From Mobula hypostoma (Eukaryota), in assembly GCF_963921235.1 (NCBI RefSeq), contig NC_086097.1:38814001-38878000 (forward strand): a DNA stretch of 64,000 nucleotides, given 5' to 3'. The notes beneath the pieces are model-generated. The model had not been told where the DNA came from. It searched no databases and saw only the letters and a program-made list of their open reading frames with translations. Numbering within the stretch: the stretch's first letter is position 1; every line of letters starts with the position of its first letter. Positions 60,681-64,000 of this stretch are shown piece by piece. Made by a program: the position numbers and the translations under genes.

Positions 60681-62794
60681 CTGTCCATAATGAATCCATT
60701 TGCAGGAAGTAAGGAAAAGGCAGGGAAGCCCAATTATTCCTGCCTTTCCTACTTCTCCTTGTTCTTAAGGAGTTCTCACTAAAGATGTCTTAAAGATTAC
60801 ATTTTGGCTACTGTCAAGGTCTTACTGTTGACTCTCCAGCAACACTTGTTGAAGTGGGCTTACCTTGCTGATGAGTGCTTTGTGTCATAACTTCCCATGT
60901 GAGGTACAGCAGCTCTCTGTCATCACAGCCGCAGCTAGCTCACATCTCCAGCATCTTCATTCTTTGTCTTCATTGCTACTTTTGGTAGGTGTGGAAGTGA
61001 GGAAACAAGAGTTCAGTACTTTTGCAATGAACTTACGCATGGGAGCATTTAGGTATTTCGTCTTGAATTAACCAACAAACACAAAACTATCACAATTGAC
61101 ATATCTGATTTTTTTAACAAACCAATATTTAATATACATTCTCATGACCAAATTCAGAGCAGCCTGTGTATGGATGGCAGAATCTTTTTCAATGAACTGC
61201 CCATCAGAACGTTGTTTTCTAAGCAGAAGGCAGAAAATTACATACTGAAATGCCAGATGTAAGCTGAACTTCATTCTGAAAAGGTTGGGTTTACGCATGA
61301 GCAGAACTAATTAATTTATCAGATGCACCATAACTTGGTCTGTGAAGCTACTGCCAGTGGGTAAGAAATAATTAGTGATTTTTATTTTTTTAATTATCTA
61401 GCAAGGACAAAGTACGAGCTTTGATTTAAAAAAATGTAAATTCCCTTTAGCACATTTGTGCCATAATAAGCTACTGAATAAGAGTTTGCCACTAAGGATA
61501 TGCCCTGCAAAATTTAAAGTAAAGTGTCACAGCACCTTAAAATTTAAGACCAACTGGATAGTAATAATACTCATTTCTTTTGCAAGTTCATGAAAATGAC
61601 AACCATTGGAAAATACCTTAAGCAAACAGTATATGAAAATATTGGAGACCAGTGTAACTGCTGCCATCTATTGCTGGTTTCAGGAAATTCAACTTGTATA
61701 TTTCCTGCAGACTGACAAATAGACCATGTTCAAGAACTCCAGAAAATACGTAAACTTTGAATTTTAATATTTACTTAATAATAAATAAACACATTGGTCT
61801 GGAACTAGTTAAGAGGATGGGACACAGTAAATTATATCCAGCCTATGTATGCATAGTTGGGCTGAATGAGGAGGGTCGACAGTCTAACCCCCCACTCCCA
61901 CCACACCTAGGGATATACAGCAAAGCCTCAGATGGTGTACTGTGGACAACCAGTCCAGAATATCCCAACATCTTCACAGAATACAAGACTGTAGTTGGTG
62001 CCCAGCCTTATGTCAAAGATTATAAGGCTTTGTAAAAGTTTTTAAAAAACGGAAGTTGGGAGGGAGGAACTTGAGGAGCAGTAAAAAAAAATTTTAAAAG
62101 ACGTTTGAACATGAAGGAATTGTTGGATAGTGATCCAATACACACCAGTACAGGTCATGGGTTAATTGGAACTGATAAAAATTACAAGATGGGCTACACA
62201 TGATTGCTGTTGATATTAGTTAATATTTAACATACTCCTGTGACCTTCCTCTGATTAAAACCTCAAACATGTTTAATGAAAATTAAATCACCAAAAATAT
62301 CCTTGTGTCCAATACAAAGAGGAGATTTTGGAGGAGCATTGCTTTGAATTATTATCAATTCAGAGCGCGATATGAGGACATTCTTACCTTCGGCCATTAA
62401 TTCTATAATGAGTCAACCTATAGCCAGGAGAGTGACAACCCCCCTTCCAGTTAGACTGTTTGAGGTAACTTATTTTTTATTCTTTCTACTTCTCTTCTAA
62501 TATTTATATATCTGTGCACTTGTAATGCTACTGTGACACTGTAGTTTCCTTTGGGATAAAGTATCTATCTATCTAATAACATTATTAACAATCTGGATGC
62601 TGATGTGTAACTTGGATTCTATCAGGACCTCATTACAACATGAGTACAACCATAACAAGAATAAGAGAAGATTTACTATCCTTAATATCAATTTAGCATG
62701 TTTAATATCAAAGTTGAAGTTGGTGTAAATCAGCAGTTAGTTTTCCTGTGTCTAGAGACATGCCTTATACAAAAGAAGGTCCTGTAGTCATTTA

Positions 62795-64000
62795 GACCAA
62801 AGTCCGAAGTCAAAGTTCAAAGTGAATTTATTATCAAAATATGTATATGTCAGCCGGCTGGTGGCGCAACGACATCGGCTCCGGACCCGGGAGTGGAGGT
62901 TCCTGGGTTCGAAACTAGTGGGGTCCGCCCCCGAGTACGCTTTCCATCCGTGCCAGGTTGAGTGTCGAGATCGCAACTCGACCTCGTAAAATAAAGGGAA
63001 AAATACTGCGAAATGTCTGTGTGAGCAGTGGCGTTCCACACAGTCTCTCTCTCACTCTCGCTCAGCGCCGTGAGAAGCCATGAAAAGACATCATCATGGA
63101 CGCACGCAAGGACATGCAGATGCACACGCACAGACTCGCATGTACGCAGGAACACGCCAAAAAAAACCAAAAAAGCAAAATGTGTATGTCACCAAATACT
63201 ACCCTGTGGAGGGATTCACAGTAACTACAAAGAAACACTATAGAATCAATGAGAAACTACACACAATGATGAACAAACAACCAATGTGCATAAAAAGACA
63301 AAATGTGCAATTACAAAAAATAACAAATAATATTAAATAAACAAAAGAAAGAACAAATAAATAAATAAAATTGAGACCATGAGTTGTAGAGGCCTTTAAA
63401 GTGAGACTATGGATTACGGAATAGTTCAGTATTGAGGTGAGTGAAGTTATCCACTCTGGTTCTGGAGCCTGATGGCTGAAGGATAATAACTGTTCCCCAC
63501 CCTGGTGATGTGGGACCTAAGGCTCCTGTACCTCCTTCCTGATGGCAGCAGCAAGAAGAGAGTATGGCCTGACTGTGGCGGTCACTGAGTGAGACGTTGT
63601 TGCAGGGGTGCCATTCAACCAGATTTTCAGTCTCCCTTTTATACGCTAATTCATCACCACCTTTGATTCGGTCAACAACAGTGGTGTCATCAGCAAACTT
63701 TATTATGACATTGGAGTTATACTTAGCCTCATAGTTATAAGTATAAAGCAATTAGAGCAGGGGGCCAAGCACACAGCCTTGTGGTGAACCTGTGCTGATG
63801 GTGATTGTGGAGGAGGTGATATTGTCAATCCGAACTGACTAGGGACTGTAGGTGAGGAAATCAAGGGTTCAGTTGCACAAGGAGGTTTCAAGGCTTACGT
63901 TGTGGAGCTTATTGATTAGTTTTGAGGTGGTGATCGTATTGAATGCAGAGCTGCAGTCAATGAGAGCGTCCTGATGTGCCAAGGCTGAGTGAAGAGCCAA
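62795..64000 (-). mobile_element. Rex1/Babar-type LINE running off the window end, interrupted by a SINE
   Basis: SSAFNTI, PQGCVL, IIKFADDTTVV, LLPSGRRY motifs; aataaattcactttgaactttgac tail. Confidence 0.85.
62853..63179 (+). mobile_element. CpG-rich tRNA-derived SINE with A-rich tail
   Basis: A-box-like TGGCGCAACG, B box GGTTCGAAAC; TSD ATGT(A/G)TATGTCA at 62841-62852 and 63180-63191. Confidence 0.8.

Noticed and set aside
60855..61045. Minus-strand donor-like sites (CAAG|GTAAGC at ~60863) as a host exon
   Set aside because: No convincing acceptor or recognisable reading frame.
1..64000. CRISPR arrays, prokaryotic operons, tRNA or rRNA genes
   Set aside because: No regularly spaced repeat-spacer array or operon-like gene density; all tRNA-like boxes belong to SINE heads.

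Overview
Eukaryotic, AT-rich, repeat-dominated DNA with no recognisable host gene, so probably intronic or intergenic. The repeat set (CR1 LINEs with (TTTCTATG)n tails, HE1/V-type and Deu-type SINEs, Rex1/Babar, L1, RTE, Penelope-like elements, Tc1) suggests a cartilaginous fish, probably a ray; this is an inference. Nearly all ORFs in the track are retroelement fragments or their antisense shadows. Main observations: (1) a full-length, decayed HERO-type (R2 group, restriction-like endonuclease) retrotransposon at 46562-52308 (-). Its 5' junction is a patchwork of a second copy of its own 3' end, a 1.24-kb copy of flanking DNA from the other side, and an internal RT fragment, all about 4-6% diverged by eye, which fits one insertion with serial template jumps. 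(2) Three Penelope-like fold-back insertions with 13-14 bp TSDs and minimal hammerhead ribozyme motifs. (3) A tRNA-derived SINE sharing its 3' stem-loop with a neighbouring RTE. (4) Several non-autonomous bipartite retroposons and Tc1 mini-hairpins. Family names come from motif recognition, not database searches. Boundaries of old repeats are approximate.
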